64,000 nucleotides of DNA, taken from assembly GCF_009914755.1 (NCBI RefSeq), contig NC_060939.1, one strand, 5' to 3'. This stretch comes from the human T2T-CHM13v2.0 reference genome, Homo sapiens. The position numbers and the translations under genes are program-made. The notes beneath the pieces are model-generated. The model was given only the letters and a program-made list of their open reading frames with translations. It made no database searches and was not told the DNA's origin. Below are positions 1 through 12,955 of the stretch, piece by piece. Numbering within the stretch: position 1 is the stretch's first letter; each line of letters starts with the position of its first letter.

Positions 1-99
1 CCACAGAATGAAAAGAGAGGAGTTCCAGGAAAGGGTTTGGCAGATGGCATCCCTGCAGGACTGCCTCGCGGCGCTCTGCCCCATCCAGCCCCTACGTAC

Positions 100-185
100 T
101 GGCCATGTGACCTCAATGTTTGATGGACTCACTTGGCCTCTCTGAGGCTCGCTTTCTCCATCTCTAAAATGGAGGATGAAGCAGG
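100..185 (+). mobile_element. MIR SINE core fragment
   Basis: gtgacct...ctcacttggcctctctgag...tttctccatctctaaaatggaggatga resembles the MIR core. Confidence 0.6.
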
Positions 186-1224
186 TTCAGCCCCACGGGC
201 AGGCAGCACTATGCCAGGGACATGGCGAGCCCTCTGGAAAAGTTCACCTGATCCAGACGTTGCTGGGTCAACGGGAAGGAATGACTTTCACTCCTCTGCT
301 TCAAACCACCAGACTGTCCTTGGCCCTCCCTAATGAAGGAGCAGAGAACAGCAGAGTGGGCAGGGACCTTGGAGGTCAGCAGGGTGGCTGCTCAGCCCAG
401 AGGCAACCGGGAGCTCGTCCCAGGGTGTGACAATTCAGTCAGCCCTTTACTGAACACTCGGCTTTAAACCGCCTCATGCCTGGCATGAGGAAGGCACCGT
501 GCTGGAGGGTTTCACCACGGTTCTCTGTGTGTCTCCGGGGAGCTCACTGTCCTGTCTGAGGCCCGTCCGGGGTCCGGACAGTGGAGCTTTCAGGTTCGTG
601 CGCACCCTCTGCCTGCCTCTTCTCCCTGTCAGTAAGGACGTGGGTGTGGCTGGGAGGCAGATCCTGGGTGGAGAACGGAGCTCCTGGTTCTGAACAGTTT
701 GAGGGTCTGGAAGTCCTTTAAGAAGATGGTGAAAACTATGGACCTTCTCCCCAAAGAGAAGCACACATCCACATCCAGAGGCAAAAACCCCATCGCTCAG
801 AACCCCGTGGATGAGGCAGTCATTATCCAGTGGTGCTGTCACTATGGCTGGGGCTGGCCTTGATCTCTGTTGCTGGATTCCACATGTTCATTCTCTCTGG
901 CCACATTATCAGATCTCTAGCTCCAACATCCTGTGTGATACCAGGATGGCCATTGCCATGATCTTGTCCACGGGTCCACTTTCAGCAGCTGGGCCCTGGA
1001 GGGCAGCACACAGCTCATGATTGGGTTGGAGATGGGGGAGTCAGGGGCAGATGGTGGGAGCGTCCCCAGCCCTGCCTCTCTTAGGACCCTCCTGGGACTC
1101 AGGTACATAGGGTCCCTGAGAAAGACCCAGTTTGATGAGACAGGCAGGAGGAATAAGGAAGAGTGTAGTTTAAGAAAGTTTTCTCCAGCTCTGGTTCATG
1201 CATCCGTCCTGAAAGAAGGCAGGG

Positions 1225-1350
1225 AAAGGATTATTCACCCATTTCACAGATGAAGAAATTGAGGCTTGGAGAGGTCACGGAGCACACAGAGCAAAGAAGT
1301 CAAAACCAGGATTTGAATCTACTCTGATTACCTCCAGAGCCCATGTCTTG
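1225..1350 (-). mobile_element. MIR SINE fragment
   Basis: cccatttcacagatgaagaaattgaggct...ggatttgaatct is the reverse MIR core. Confidence 0.75.
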
Positions 1351-1504
1351 TCCCAATGGATGGAAAATTCTTAACTATTTAACTCAATATTGAGCAGCTA
1401 CTGTCTACAGAATTCTGTGCCAGACAGCTTGGGAGACACAGACCTACAGGGAGATATAGTTCCCACTGGAAGCACCCAGGGCAGTAATAATTATCGTCAT
1501 AACA

Positions 1505-1700
1505 AAGGAATAATAATAGCTAACATTTTGGAGCGCTTACTAGGGACCAGCATTATGCTACAAAGTTTTCATGGATTATCTCATTTAAGCTCTCAAATAT
1601 TTTGGGGTGTAAATAACAGTATGCCCACAATTTTTGTTTGTTGTTGGTGTTCAGAAGTGTATATCCATTTTTGAGAATGGAGGCTCAGCGAGATTAGGAG
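1505..1700 (-). mobile_element. MIR SINE fragment
   Basis: aataatagctaacattttggagcgcttact...ggattatctcatttaa...gaggctcagcgagatt. Confidence 0.65.
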
Positions 1701-2442
1701 CCTTGCTCTCAGCGAGGGAGGAATTCTGGCTGCGACTCTGTCCCTTACTACCTGGGCATCACCTCTGTCAAACCTGGACAGGTGCCACTTAGACCTGGCT
1801 GAGGTTGGCTGAGGCGGGGAGGATGGGGAGGTTGTGGGTAGGCAGCACCTATTCATACCCACAGTCCAGGGACTGTTCCAGAAGAATCGTATTCCCTGTG
1901 CCCTTGCCGCCTCTGAGCCTTGGTGTCCCAGCCTTTCGATCCTCTCACTTCTGATGTCCTTGAGCCATAATCTGAGCCATTCTCTAGGATAAGGAGATGC
2001 TTGAGGTTGAGTGAAAGGTTGACATTTCTGCAGGAGCAAAGAATGACTTGATGCAGGAGAGAAAGGCTGTGGGGGGAAAGTGAGTGAGGCAAATCCCCAA
2101 GGCAGAGCAGAGCCTTCCAAAGGGTGCAGGGGAGAGTCTTGGCGGAGGGGGCCAGCCTTGCTCAGCAGCCCCAACCTCAACAAGGACCCCTACCCAAGAA
2201 GGCCTGCAAAATAGCAAATCAATGAAGACAGCAATGAAAGCAATGAGGAGGGAAGAGGGACCAGAATCCCAGTCACATCATCACCCCTCACCCCTTTTTC
2301 TGGCCTCAGTTTTCCTTCTGTGAACAGAGGGAGCTGGCCCTTCTGTCATTTGCAGGATTTTCATCTCAGGCTGGCAGCAGGAGCTGGAAAAGTGAGGGAG
2401 GTCCCTCCCTTCCCCGGCCCGGGGTCTGTGATTGGCAGCACC

Positions 2443-2545
2443 TCCTCCTCTCTTCCTCTCCTGTCCCTTCCTTCCCCTTCCCTCCCCTGCTTTCCTTTCC
2501 CTTCCCCTCCTCCCCTTCCCTTCCCCAGTCTTCCCCTCCCACTCT
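2443..2545. repeat. CT-rich (CCCTT)n-like low-complexity tract
   Basis: Near-pure pyrimidine run of cccttcc/ctccc units. Confidence 0.85.
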
Positions 2546-2564
2546 TTCAAGCCCCCAGCGTGCT

Positions 2565-3025
2565 GTGCAGTTATTAGTTTAGGTTCATTTAGAATCGGCT
2601 TAGCAACCCCACACCCCTGGAACCTGGAAGCTTAAAGCACAAGATGTCTGGCAAATGGAAATTCAATTGCTTTAATATAGAGACTATTTTGCTGCAGTCG
2701 AACTGGAGCCTCTTATTAAGAATCTGATGGAATTTCTAAACAGGGAGAGAGGCCCCAAGGAGGGGGCATCGCCCATCACACACCAACATTGCTCTTGACA
2801 TATTTATGGCTCCAATAAAATCTCACATCTGGTATATTTTAAAATAAAATTGAAAATTTATCACTTTCCCTGAGTCGGTTTGTCGTTCTCCCAAGGAGGA
2901 GATAGCCAGCCTGAGATTACAGGCGAAGCGGCAGCGGGCGGCAGGCGGGCAGAGAGGTTAGGCTGGGCTCTGATTTAAATTTCAATACTTTCCCCATTAC
3001 AGCTGTCTGGGCTGGGAAAATTACT
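2565..3025. promoter_or_regulatory. Candidate conserved enhancer (MEIS/posterior HOX/CDX motifs)
   Basis: AT-rich unique island; TGACA 2796-2800, TTTATGGC 2803-2810, CCAATAAAA 2812-2820; several TAAT/ATTA cores. Confidence 0.5.
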
Positions 3026-3260
3026 AGGGGAAGCAGGCCATGTGCTTCTCCTATTTCTCTGGACATCTACTTGGCTGTCTCTGCCAGGGTCCACAGACTT
3101 GGTCTGCTCTCCCCACTACTTAGCAAGGTTTGGATGAACCACAAAATGGGAGGAAGCCCCATCCTCCAGGCCTAGGAATCAGCATCATCCATTTGTACCT
3201 CTCTGAAGCCCAGTGGACACCTTTGGGTGCTGCTACATGGTTCGAGAGGGCCCCTCTTTA

Positions 3261-3465
3261 TCAGGACTCAGAGATCAAGATCAGGGCTTAGGCTCAGGTG
3301 GGGAGCAGGGTTCAGTCTGTAACTGGCATTGGGGTTCAGTCTAAAACTAAGATCAGAACTTCAACTCAGGCCAGGATCAAGGCTCAGTCTGTAACCAAGG
3401 TCAGGGCTCAGGCTCAGGATGGAATCAAGGTTCATTCCATTAACAAAAACAGGGCTCAGATTTCA
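3261..3465. repeat. Degenerate ~24-bp minisatellite (GGATCAGGGCTCAGTCTGTAACCA-like), ~8 units
   Basis: Recurrent cagggttcagtctgtaac / caaggctcagtctgtaacc / cagggctcagg at ~24-bp spacing. Confidence 0.6.
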
Positions 3466-3588
3466 TCATCATAGAAGTCAATTCATATCTCAGAGCCTCG
3501 GTTTCTTCTCCATTCAAATGTGGAACTAGGTATTGCCCTGCTTGCTTCACAAGGCTTTTTAGAGGAATGAATGAAAACAAGAGTATTG

Positions 3589-4085
<497 letters not shown>

Positions 4086-4156
4086 TTCCTAGAATACTGC
4101 AACGCAAAGAAGCAGTGACTGAGACTGCACTTGTCCACCCAGGAGTCATGTTCCCC

Positions 4157-4169
4157 TTTTTCTTTCTTT

Positions 4170-4245
<76 letters not shown>

Positions 4246-4273
4246 TCCTTTTCTTTCTTTCTTTCTTTCTTTC

Positions 4274-4317
<44 letters not shown>

Positions 4318-4405
4318 TCCTTCCTTCCTTCCTTCCTTTCTTCCTTCCTTTCTTTCTTTTCTGTCTTTCTTTCTTTCCTGTCTTTCTTTCTTTCTTTTTT
4401 TTTTT
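4157..4405. repeat. (TTTC)n/(TTCC)n compound microsatellite grown from an Alu tail
   Basis: ~250 bp of TTTC/TTCC directly adjoining the minus-strand Alu 3' end. Confidence 0.97.
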
Positions 4406-4686
4406 GAGACAGAGTCTTGCCCTGTTGCCCAAGCTAGAGTGCAGTGGCACGATCTAGGTTCACTGCAGCCTCCATCTCCCAGGTTCAAGCTATTCTCCTG
4501 CCTCAGCCTCCTGAGTAGCTGGGATTACAGGCACTTGCCACCACGCCTGGCTAATTTTTTGTATTTTTAGTAGAGATGGGGTTTCACCGTGTTAGCCAGG
4601 ATGCTCTCCATCTCCTGACCTCATGATCGGTCCGCCTTGGCCTCCCAAAGTGCTGGGATTACAGGCTTGAGCCACCGCGCCCGGCC
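4164..4686 (-). mobile_element. AluS (AluSc-like), full length, with expanded STR tail
   Basis: gagacagagtcttgc...gtgttagccaggatg...gagccaccgcgcccggcc; 16-bp TSD atgttccc(c/a)tttttct at 4148-4163 and 4687-4702. Confidence 0.95.
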
Positions 4687-5318
4687 ATGTTCCCATTTTT
4701 CTATGGTAACAGAACCCTTATTCTATTCTGGGGAGCAAGGTGTCCACCTAAAAGACTACATTTCCCAGCGACCCCTGCAGCCAGGGGTGGCCAATGAGAT
4801 ATGAGCAAGAGAATTGTTGGGCGAGGCTCCAGGGAAAGTTCTGGAAAAGGGAGACAGGTAGAGAGCATGGGTTTTCCCCCTTTCCTCTTTCTTCTTGCCT
4901 GGAATACAGATAGGATGGAGCCCAGCTGCCACTATGAACCATGAGGTGACACTGAAGATAGACAGCAGTGCTGAGGATGATTAGCCTGGAGAGAGAAGGT
5001 ATTTCAGACATTGAAGGCATGGTGAAGCCACCATCCCAACCCTGGGCTGCTGACCTCTGTACAGGGGAGAGTAAAAGACACTACTAGTTTGTTTAGGCCA
5101 CTATGGCTGGATCTCTGTTACCAGGAGGCAAAGGTAACTTCTGATTCAAAGGTGCTACCCTGAGAAAAAGTATGCTCACATAAGCTTGGGAAATAGCAAG
5201 TTAAACAGAATCTTTCTTGCAGGACTTCCCAAAGCCTTTAAATGCTAAACAGTTTTGGGAATCACCAAGTGGGGGAGGTACTACACCATATTTCCAGAGC
5301 TCACTTGTCATGGCACAC

Positions 5319-5340
5319 TGTGTGTGTGTGTGTGTGCGTG

Positions 5341-5371
<31 letters not shown>

Positions 5372-5393
5372 TTGTGTGTGTGTAGAGAGAGAG
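5319..5393. repeat. (TG)n followed by (AG)n microsatellite
   Basis: Direct inspection. Confidence 0.97.
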
Positions 5394-6374
5394 GGAGCAG
5401 GAGAGACTAGGGGTCTAGTGCTGGGAGACCACCTCCTGATGTCTGATGGGAGCTGGAAAGTGCTTTGCTCAATGCCCTCATTATTAAAACAATTGAAGAC
5501 ACTGACTCCTTTTTCGACTTTCTTAAGCTTCAACTAGCATTCATGATTTCAGTTCCTAAGTGTCTAAGGGATGTAGGGCCAAGCAGGGGAGGGCTAATTT
5601 GGGGACAAAGCTAGGAGAGCTGTTTGGGGTAAGAGAGTCTCCTTGTAGCTGCTGGAGCCTTTGTGGACTGGGGTTTGGCTCACAGGCGTGGGGGCTGCTA
5701 CAGGGAGAAGATGACCCTGGCCACCCTTCACATCATATATAGGGCATTAGCAGCCCTGTTCCTCCCCTCTCCCCAACCTCAATAAAAGAGGGAAATAGAG
5801 GCATGGAGAATGAAAGGGGCTAGGCCAGCCAGGTCCACAGAAAGAGTGGGTGGCAGAATGGGGTCTGGAGCCAGCTGCCCATACTCCCTGCCCTTCCCCA
5901 ACCTACCCCCTGCCCTCAGCTTTCTGGAAGGCTCTGGCTGAGTCATATGCCTGACACCCAGTTTCTGCCTCTGCTGCAGTGGCCGCCTTTCAGTCCTCTG
6001 TGGGGGTCCCATTGCAGGCTGTAAGATCTTGACATGCCCTTTCAATGCCATTTTAAGAGACTCAGAACACAATAGCAGTAATAGAGGCACCTGCTGCCTG
6101 GCTTGGTAATTATTACATCCCTGTGGGGGGAACTGTTGACTGCCTGGCAAAGGGGTGAAGTCTCCCCTCATTTCTTAAATAGGAGTCCTCCTTGAAGACC
6201 GTGGGCACAGCTGAGGGTGGTTAGTCACCAGTCTGTGCCCAGGAGGGAGTCAGGGAGCACCAGTGTGGCAGCCAGGTAGAGGAAATGGGGGTAGAGGGAG
6301 TCGGGGTAGGCGGTGGGGGGATGTGGTGTCCAGAATCCCAGACTGAGGATGGAGGGCTTGAGGCTCTTTTCCCC

Positions 6375-6490
6375 TGTTCTGTGTGGCTAAGTCCAGTTCA
6401 TTCCCCAGACCTCAGTCTCTCTCTCTGTGCAATGGGAAATTGGATCAGGCCTCTAAGAATTTGTCCAGTGCATAATTCTAAGGTTCTGCT
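6375..6490 (+). mobile_element. MIR3/MIR fragment
   Basis: cctcagtctct...ctgtgcaatggg...ctctaag...tccag...aattctaagg. Confidence 0.5.
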
Positions 6491-7429
6491 TTTTAAGGAG
6501 ATCGTAGGGAACTGAGGACAGAACAGAAAGGTGGGAACTCCTTGAGGGCAGGAAACTGGCTTGTTTCCTCTCTCAGACCCTGGCATGGTTGGGTGGAAGA
6601 CCCCATCCCAGACAGAGCAGGAGGTATGGTGGTGTCCTAAGAGGGAGGGAGGAGCCAGGACAGGAGGAGAAAAGGAGGGGAGAGGAGGGGGGGAAACAGA
6701 AGCGTGAGGCCCCATCTGAAGAAAACCCAATATCAAAACTTTAACAAGAGCTTCGTAACCAAGAAATGGGCCTTTGACTTAGGAGGTGAAGGCTCATTTA
6801 AATGGCAAATTCCCCTTGTGCCTGCAAGGGCTTGTTTATAGAATGTGGAACTGAGAGTGCAGGTGGTCCCACACAGAAAACTGGAAGCTTTTCTTTTTAA
6901 ACTCCCTGAAGATTCATCTGCAATGCAGATGAAGCATCTTAGAAACAAGAATGAAAACAGCGTTTGATTTTTACAAAAGCCAATTCAGAGGCTCACTTCC
7001 TGTCCAGCCCAGCGCGCCAGCATCTGTGTGTGAGACCACTGTCCCCAGCCGGGTGGGGGCCTGCACGGGTCTTGCCAAGGTCAAATGGGTGTGCACACAT
7101 GACTACACGTGAATTCACTGCACATGTGTGTACACACACACATTTACTCGGATCCTCAGCAGAGTTATTTTGGATTTGGTCTTCGTGGAAGGTCCAGTCT
7201 GTGCCTAGATGTGGATTCAGAAAATTCATAGACTCTGCACAGCTACTGGTCACTAATAAGAGCCTGGAGCTGGGGATACCATGATGATCAAGAGATAACC
7301 TCTAAAAGAACTCACAGACCAGCTGGGGAGACAGGTGAATAAACACCTGGAGAACAGAGCATTATGGGAGCATCTGGCCCAGGCTTGGGAGGTCAGGGAA
7401 GGCTTCCTGGAAGAGGTGTTATGTTGGAG

Positions 7430-7613
7430 CTGCATACTATCCAATATGGTAGCCACTAGCCACAGGTGGCCATTTACATTTAAATAAAAAACAAATAAAC
7501 AATTCAGTTCCTCAGTCATACTGGCCACATTTCAATTGGCTAGTGGACAGCATGTCGAATAGTGCAGAAATGGAACATTTCCATTGTCCAGAAAAGTCTA
7601 CTGGATGGCGCTG
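7430..7613. mobile_element. MER3-like hAT-Charlie MITE
   Basis: tccaatatggtagccactagccacaggtggcc...ggaacatttccattgtccagaaaagtctactggatggcgctg. Confidence 0.8.
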
Positions 7614-7961
7614 TGAGGAGGAACAGACCCTCTCCAGGTGAGGGCCATGAGAGGTGTTCCAATTCTAGGGAGCAGCTTGTGCAAACACCTGGAAGTGGAT
7701 GGCAGCATGCCCAGGGGACTGGAGCCCTGAGCACAGGTGTGAGGAGGAGGGAAACAGTGACAAGCGAAGCTAGAGAGAGTGGAAGAATTCAAATGGCAGT
7801 TAAAGGCTCTGCTTGTGTTGGCAAGGAGCTGGGATTTTGTCCTGAACATTTGGGGAGCCTTTGGAAGGGTTTCAGCTGGGAGTGGCAAGGTCAAGGTCGG
7901 GTTTCATGTTAGAAAAGCTTGCTTGGAGAAGGGACTCCGCAGGGAAGGGGCAATTGCCAGC

Positions 7962-7996
7962 AGCCAGGTGAGAGCCAGGTGAGAGCCAGGTGAGAG
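7962..7996. repeat. 11-bp tandem repeat x3 (AGCCAGGTGAG)
   Basis: Three perfect copies. Confidence 0.9.
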
Positions 7997-8569
7997 GAGG
8001 GACCTGACCTGGGAGTTTAGCTGGGAGGGCCTGGAGATGAAGTGCCTGTGTAGGGGGCACTAGAGAGAGGGGCTTCTGGCTTCAGTGCCAGGGTGGCTGG
8101 GGCTGCCCTTTGGGCTCAGGCTGTGCTGAGTGCAAGGGAAGAGGGAGACCTCTGCACCTGGCAGGTAGGTGAGGGCACCTGATCCTTTAGGAAAAGTTTA
8201 GGCTGAAACCACTGACTGGGTGATCATCAGTGAATAGATAGGGGTGCAGGTCCTGCAAGGGGCTGAGGTCTCAGGAGAGTCCTCCGTAAGACAGTACTGG
8301 AGCCCTGGGAAGCACAGATGAGTCAGAAGGAGCAGAAGGAGCAGAAGGAGCTGGGTAGGCCAGATTTCTGGAGAAGAGTGAGGGAGGCCAGATGTTCCCT
8401 GGAGGCGTCATGGCTGTGGTTGTGATTCCGTCCCCTGAGGTGTGGGAGCTATAGCTTTCAATCCAGGCAAGTTTCCTGCAGGGGACAGTGTCTTGGTACT
8501 GAGGGGCAGGGCTGGGAAAGGAAGGGAATGGGGCGGCTTTCATCACAGCCATGGTGAGGAGCCACAAGG

Positions 8570-9535
<966 letters not shown>

Positions 9536-11489
9536 CAGAAAGGGAACTGGCTAGGCTGTGGCTGTGTGGCAGGGACAGGGAGCTAACTGGCTGGTGGGAT
9601 GGAGCCTCAATTGCTCGGGCAAGGGGTGAGTTTTACCCCTGTTGTCAGGTTAGGGGCAGAGGAGGTTGAGGAGGTTGAATGGAGGTTGATGCTAGGAAAC
9701 CAGGGAGGGGTTGCGGGGACATTTGGGGAGGAGGCTTGAAAATGACACCTAGTTCTGGCCTGGGGGTTACTCCAAGGGCAACATCAGGGAGGTCCTGGTG
9801 GGAGCAACAAGAGGTGGGGAGGGCTTTGGAGTCTTACAGGGTATGCTTAGTTCCCAGCACTTTCAATACCCAGCTCTCTCTGAGCCTTGGTTTGCTGGCC
9901 TGGAAAAGAGGGGTACAAATCCCCCGCTAAATGCAAGGTGAATGTGACTTCCTTTGATCACGTTTTTCTCCTTTATTTCTTATTGTCTTAACAAGCGCCC
10001 CCGCCCCCGACATTGCACGTAGACAACTGCTGATAAACGTGTCCAAGAGCAAGGTTTTTTTGCGCCATTTTATAGACACAGAAAATGAAGCTGAGAGGGG
10101 CTGGGAGTGCCCACGGCCTTAGAGGACTCCAGCCTTCAGTGTGCACTTTTCCTGTTCCTCCCCTGGACTGAGGCAGCAGGAGGGGAGGGCAGGCCAGTGC
10201 CCCAGCAGGCCCGGGTGTGGCCCCCAGCGCTGGCTGGATTAAGCATTCCTCCCCAGCCCTGCCCCGGTCCCAGCCTCACAACTGCTTTCGCTCTGGAGTC
10301 CTAGACAAATTGTAGCCTGGAGAGCGGCTGTGGGGAGCTTACAAATGTGGCTGGCCCAGCCCTCCCCGCCTTCCTCCCACTCCACATGTCTGCCTCTGAG
10401 CCCTGGGGTCAGAATAGCCACTAAGGAGCTCTCACCAGGGCTCCACACACACTTGGGACTCCTGGGGTTCTTGCCAAATGGGTACCCCCGCCCCCAAGCC
10501 CTAGGAGCCTTGGATCTGCTGCCTGGACCTCAGCTCCCCTCCTCCTGCCGCCCTCCTCAGCATCTGGTTCCTCCTCAGAATGCAATGCTGTTGCCCCTGG
10601 CAACCGAGCTCCAGGCCAGATCCTGGTCCTCCTTCCTCCTCCTTCCCTTCTTTTTCTCCTCCTTCTTCTGCTTCCATATTCCCATCCTTCCTGCCCTCCC
10701 CCAGTCTGCCGAGACAGTGCCTGGGGCTGGAAGACTCCCCGCAAATCCGATGCCAGCTAGGCCAGCCAGCCAAGTCCCCTGGCCTTTCTGGTTGCTCGTT
10801 GGCTGATGATGACAGTCAGTACTCCCTGCCTGCCCATGGGACTGACTACTGCAGTCTTGGGCACCCCAGCGATGTCCCAGAAGACTCTGAGGCAGGGCTC
10901 TCAGGGTACCCCAGGCAAAGAGCCAGGGACTGTAGAGAGACAAGAGACAGCAGCTGAAGAAAATTTCTCCCCATTAGAGCTGTTTGAGGTGGTGAGCTCC
11001 CCAAAGCCAAAGGCATGCAAGGAGAGGCCTTTCCAGTGATGATGGTGCTGGCACTGGCATGGCACAGGGCAGTGAGGGGCTGTCTTGGAAGGAAGGTCGA
11101 TGTGGGCTCGGCCTATGTCTATCCTGGCCGTCTCCTTTTCCCCAACCCCTGAATTCCCAGAACCTTTAGGAACACTTGCTCCCCAACCCCTGCCCTCCCA
11201 AGGACTCGTCATTTTTCATCTGGGCTCTAGAGAGGAGGACAGCACTAAGAGGTGGTCCCGGGTCCAGCGACATCAAGCACCATAGGGCAGGTCCAACGCC
11301 CAGCACAGCTGTTTAGAGTGGACAGAAACGGGCTCAGCAGGGCAGGCCACATGAACCCTAGCCGCCCTCACGCATCCCTTCCAGAGCCTCCGCTCACACT
11401 CCTGGATCCCCCTCCATATCCTAGGCTCCTGTCACCTTCCTGCTCTCCTGCAGGGCCTGTGGGCCAGCCATGCCCAATTCACGACTCAT

Positions 11490-11780
11490 TCAACCGACTC
11501 CCACTCCTTCGTGCCCTGCACCAGTTCCTCCCTGTCAGGAATACACTTCTCCACCTTTCATTCTGAGTCAGCTCAGAGGCCCCCTCCTTCAGGAGGCTTC
11601 CCTGGACTGCCTGGGCTGTGCCCACTGCCCCGCGGGGCTCCCCACCCCGGGCTTGCCTCCTAGAGCTCTCTCACCCACGGCCTGGTCACCATCTGCACAC
11701 GGTTTTCCCGAGTGCATCATAAGGACCTTGAGGCAGTGACTCTGTGCCCCACATTTGCTAACAAATACTAATGAGAACAT
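11490..11780 (+). mobile_element. L2 3' fragment
   Basis: cagctcagaggccccctccttcaggaggcttccctggac. Confidence 0.55.
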
Positions 11781-12232
11781 CAGCACAGCCCTGCCTCTCT
11801 CTGGGCCTCAGTTTCCCCCATCTGAGGCCCCATGTCTGGGCCTTGGCTTCCCCCAGGATCCCCTTTTGGCTGAGAAGGGTGGCCACGCCCGGGCTGTCAG
11901 AACAAGACAGAGGCCAGTCCGGGCAGCTCTGCCCTCCTCATCTCCGGGGGCGTCCCCTCCAGGTTTCAGGAATGAGCCTCAGGAACTGGGGTGTGGGGGC
12001 CCGGACGGGGAGGTCCTGGCACTCCCCGAAGCTTTGGTTCTCGTCTGCCAAATGAGGACACTTATCGGGGCTACCCACCCCTCCGGCTGCCGTGAGGCCT
12101 TGGAGATGGCAGCCAGACCGGACTTTCCCATCGGATCCGCCAGAACCCAGGCTTCCCAAGGCAGCAGCTCCCGCGCAGCCGCCGCCCGCTTCTGGCAAGC
12201 CCAGCCCACGGGCTCAGGGGTCCCTGGGGCTC

Positions 12233-12251
12233 TGCTGCCCTCCAGTGGCCG
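12233..12251 (-). promoter_or_regulatory. Candidate CTCF site within a CpG-richer segment (~11880-12400)
   Basis: Minus strand reads CGGCCACTGGAGGGCAGCA, one mismatch to CCASYAGRKGGCRS. Confidence 0.55.
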
Positions 12252-12654
12252 GAGGCCCCTGGGCACTTAGAACCCGTGAGCTCCGGATTAATTCCATGGG
12301 CTTCCGTCTCCACCTAGGACGGACAGAAATGGTAGCAGGGACTTGTTGAGGTCACTCAGCAAGCCAGGCGCGGTACATGGACCAGGACCTGGGGCTCCAG
12401 GGCCCCAGCACTTCCATGCCCAGGGAGGGCTTGTCCTCTCGCAGGAGACCAGCCAGGAGAGGGAGCTGTTCCCCACCTGCCCACGTGTCTCACCTGGGAC
12501 ACCCTCTGTGCTGTAGCCCTTCCCTGCTGGCCACTCTCAATGCTGGCCTAGACTGCCCCCCGCCCGGAGAAGTGTTTCTAGTGCCTGCCCAGGGGTCATC
12601 CCCAATACGTGGGCCAATGTTGGGGGCTTGGAGGGGTGGCTTAACCCCTTTCCT

Positions 12655-12955
12655 CCTTGATTAATCAAATACTTAAAATAATGGCTGAGGTCATGATTGA
12701 TGGACAGAGCATAGCTAATTACCCTGGAGATTAAAACGACTGTTTCTGTTTAAAAAGGCTGCAAATGAGTTAATTATTTCCTTTGCTCACCTCTCTAACC
12801 TCGTTACACTTCTAAATGAATAGCAATATTGATCTTGGAACTGATTTTGGTGTTACACCGCCCGAGCGGGTTTAATTAGGGTTTGAAAATGCTGCAGTGC
12901 CTCTTCCTTCTGACCGAGGAAATTAGACTTGGGTTTTACTTACATTTCACAGCCG
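12655..12955. promoter_or_regulatory. Candidate conserved enhancer (PBX-HOX)
   Basis: AT-rich unique island; palindrome TTGATTAATCAA 12657-12668, TGATTGATGG 12694-12703, several TAATT cores. Confidence 0.55.

Larger units (their letters stand above)
4115..5150 (+). mobile_element. MLT1-family (MaLR) LTR interrupted by an Alu
   Basis: aaagactacatttcccagc...ggtggccaatgagat...tttgtttaggccact...ctctgttac are MLT1I/J/K-type hallmarks. Confidence 0.7.
7215..8250 (-). mobile_element. L2 LINE relic interrupted by MER3
   Basis: ggtcagggaaggcttcctggaagaggtg and aggagctgggattttgtcctga...ggagcctttggaagggtttcagc are L2 3' hallmarks. Confidence 0.7.

Noticed and set aside
6913-6933. 21-bp palindrome TTCATCTGCA-A-TGCAGATGAA
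   Set aside because: Too short for a miRNA or MITE call; lies in a probable MER5-like relic.
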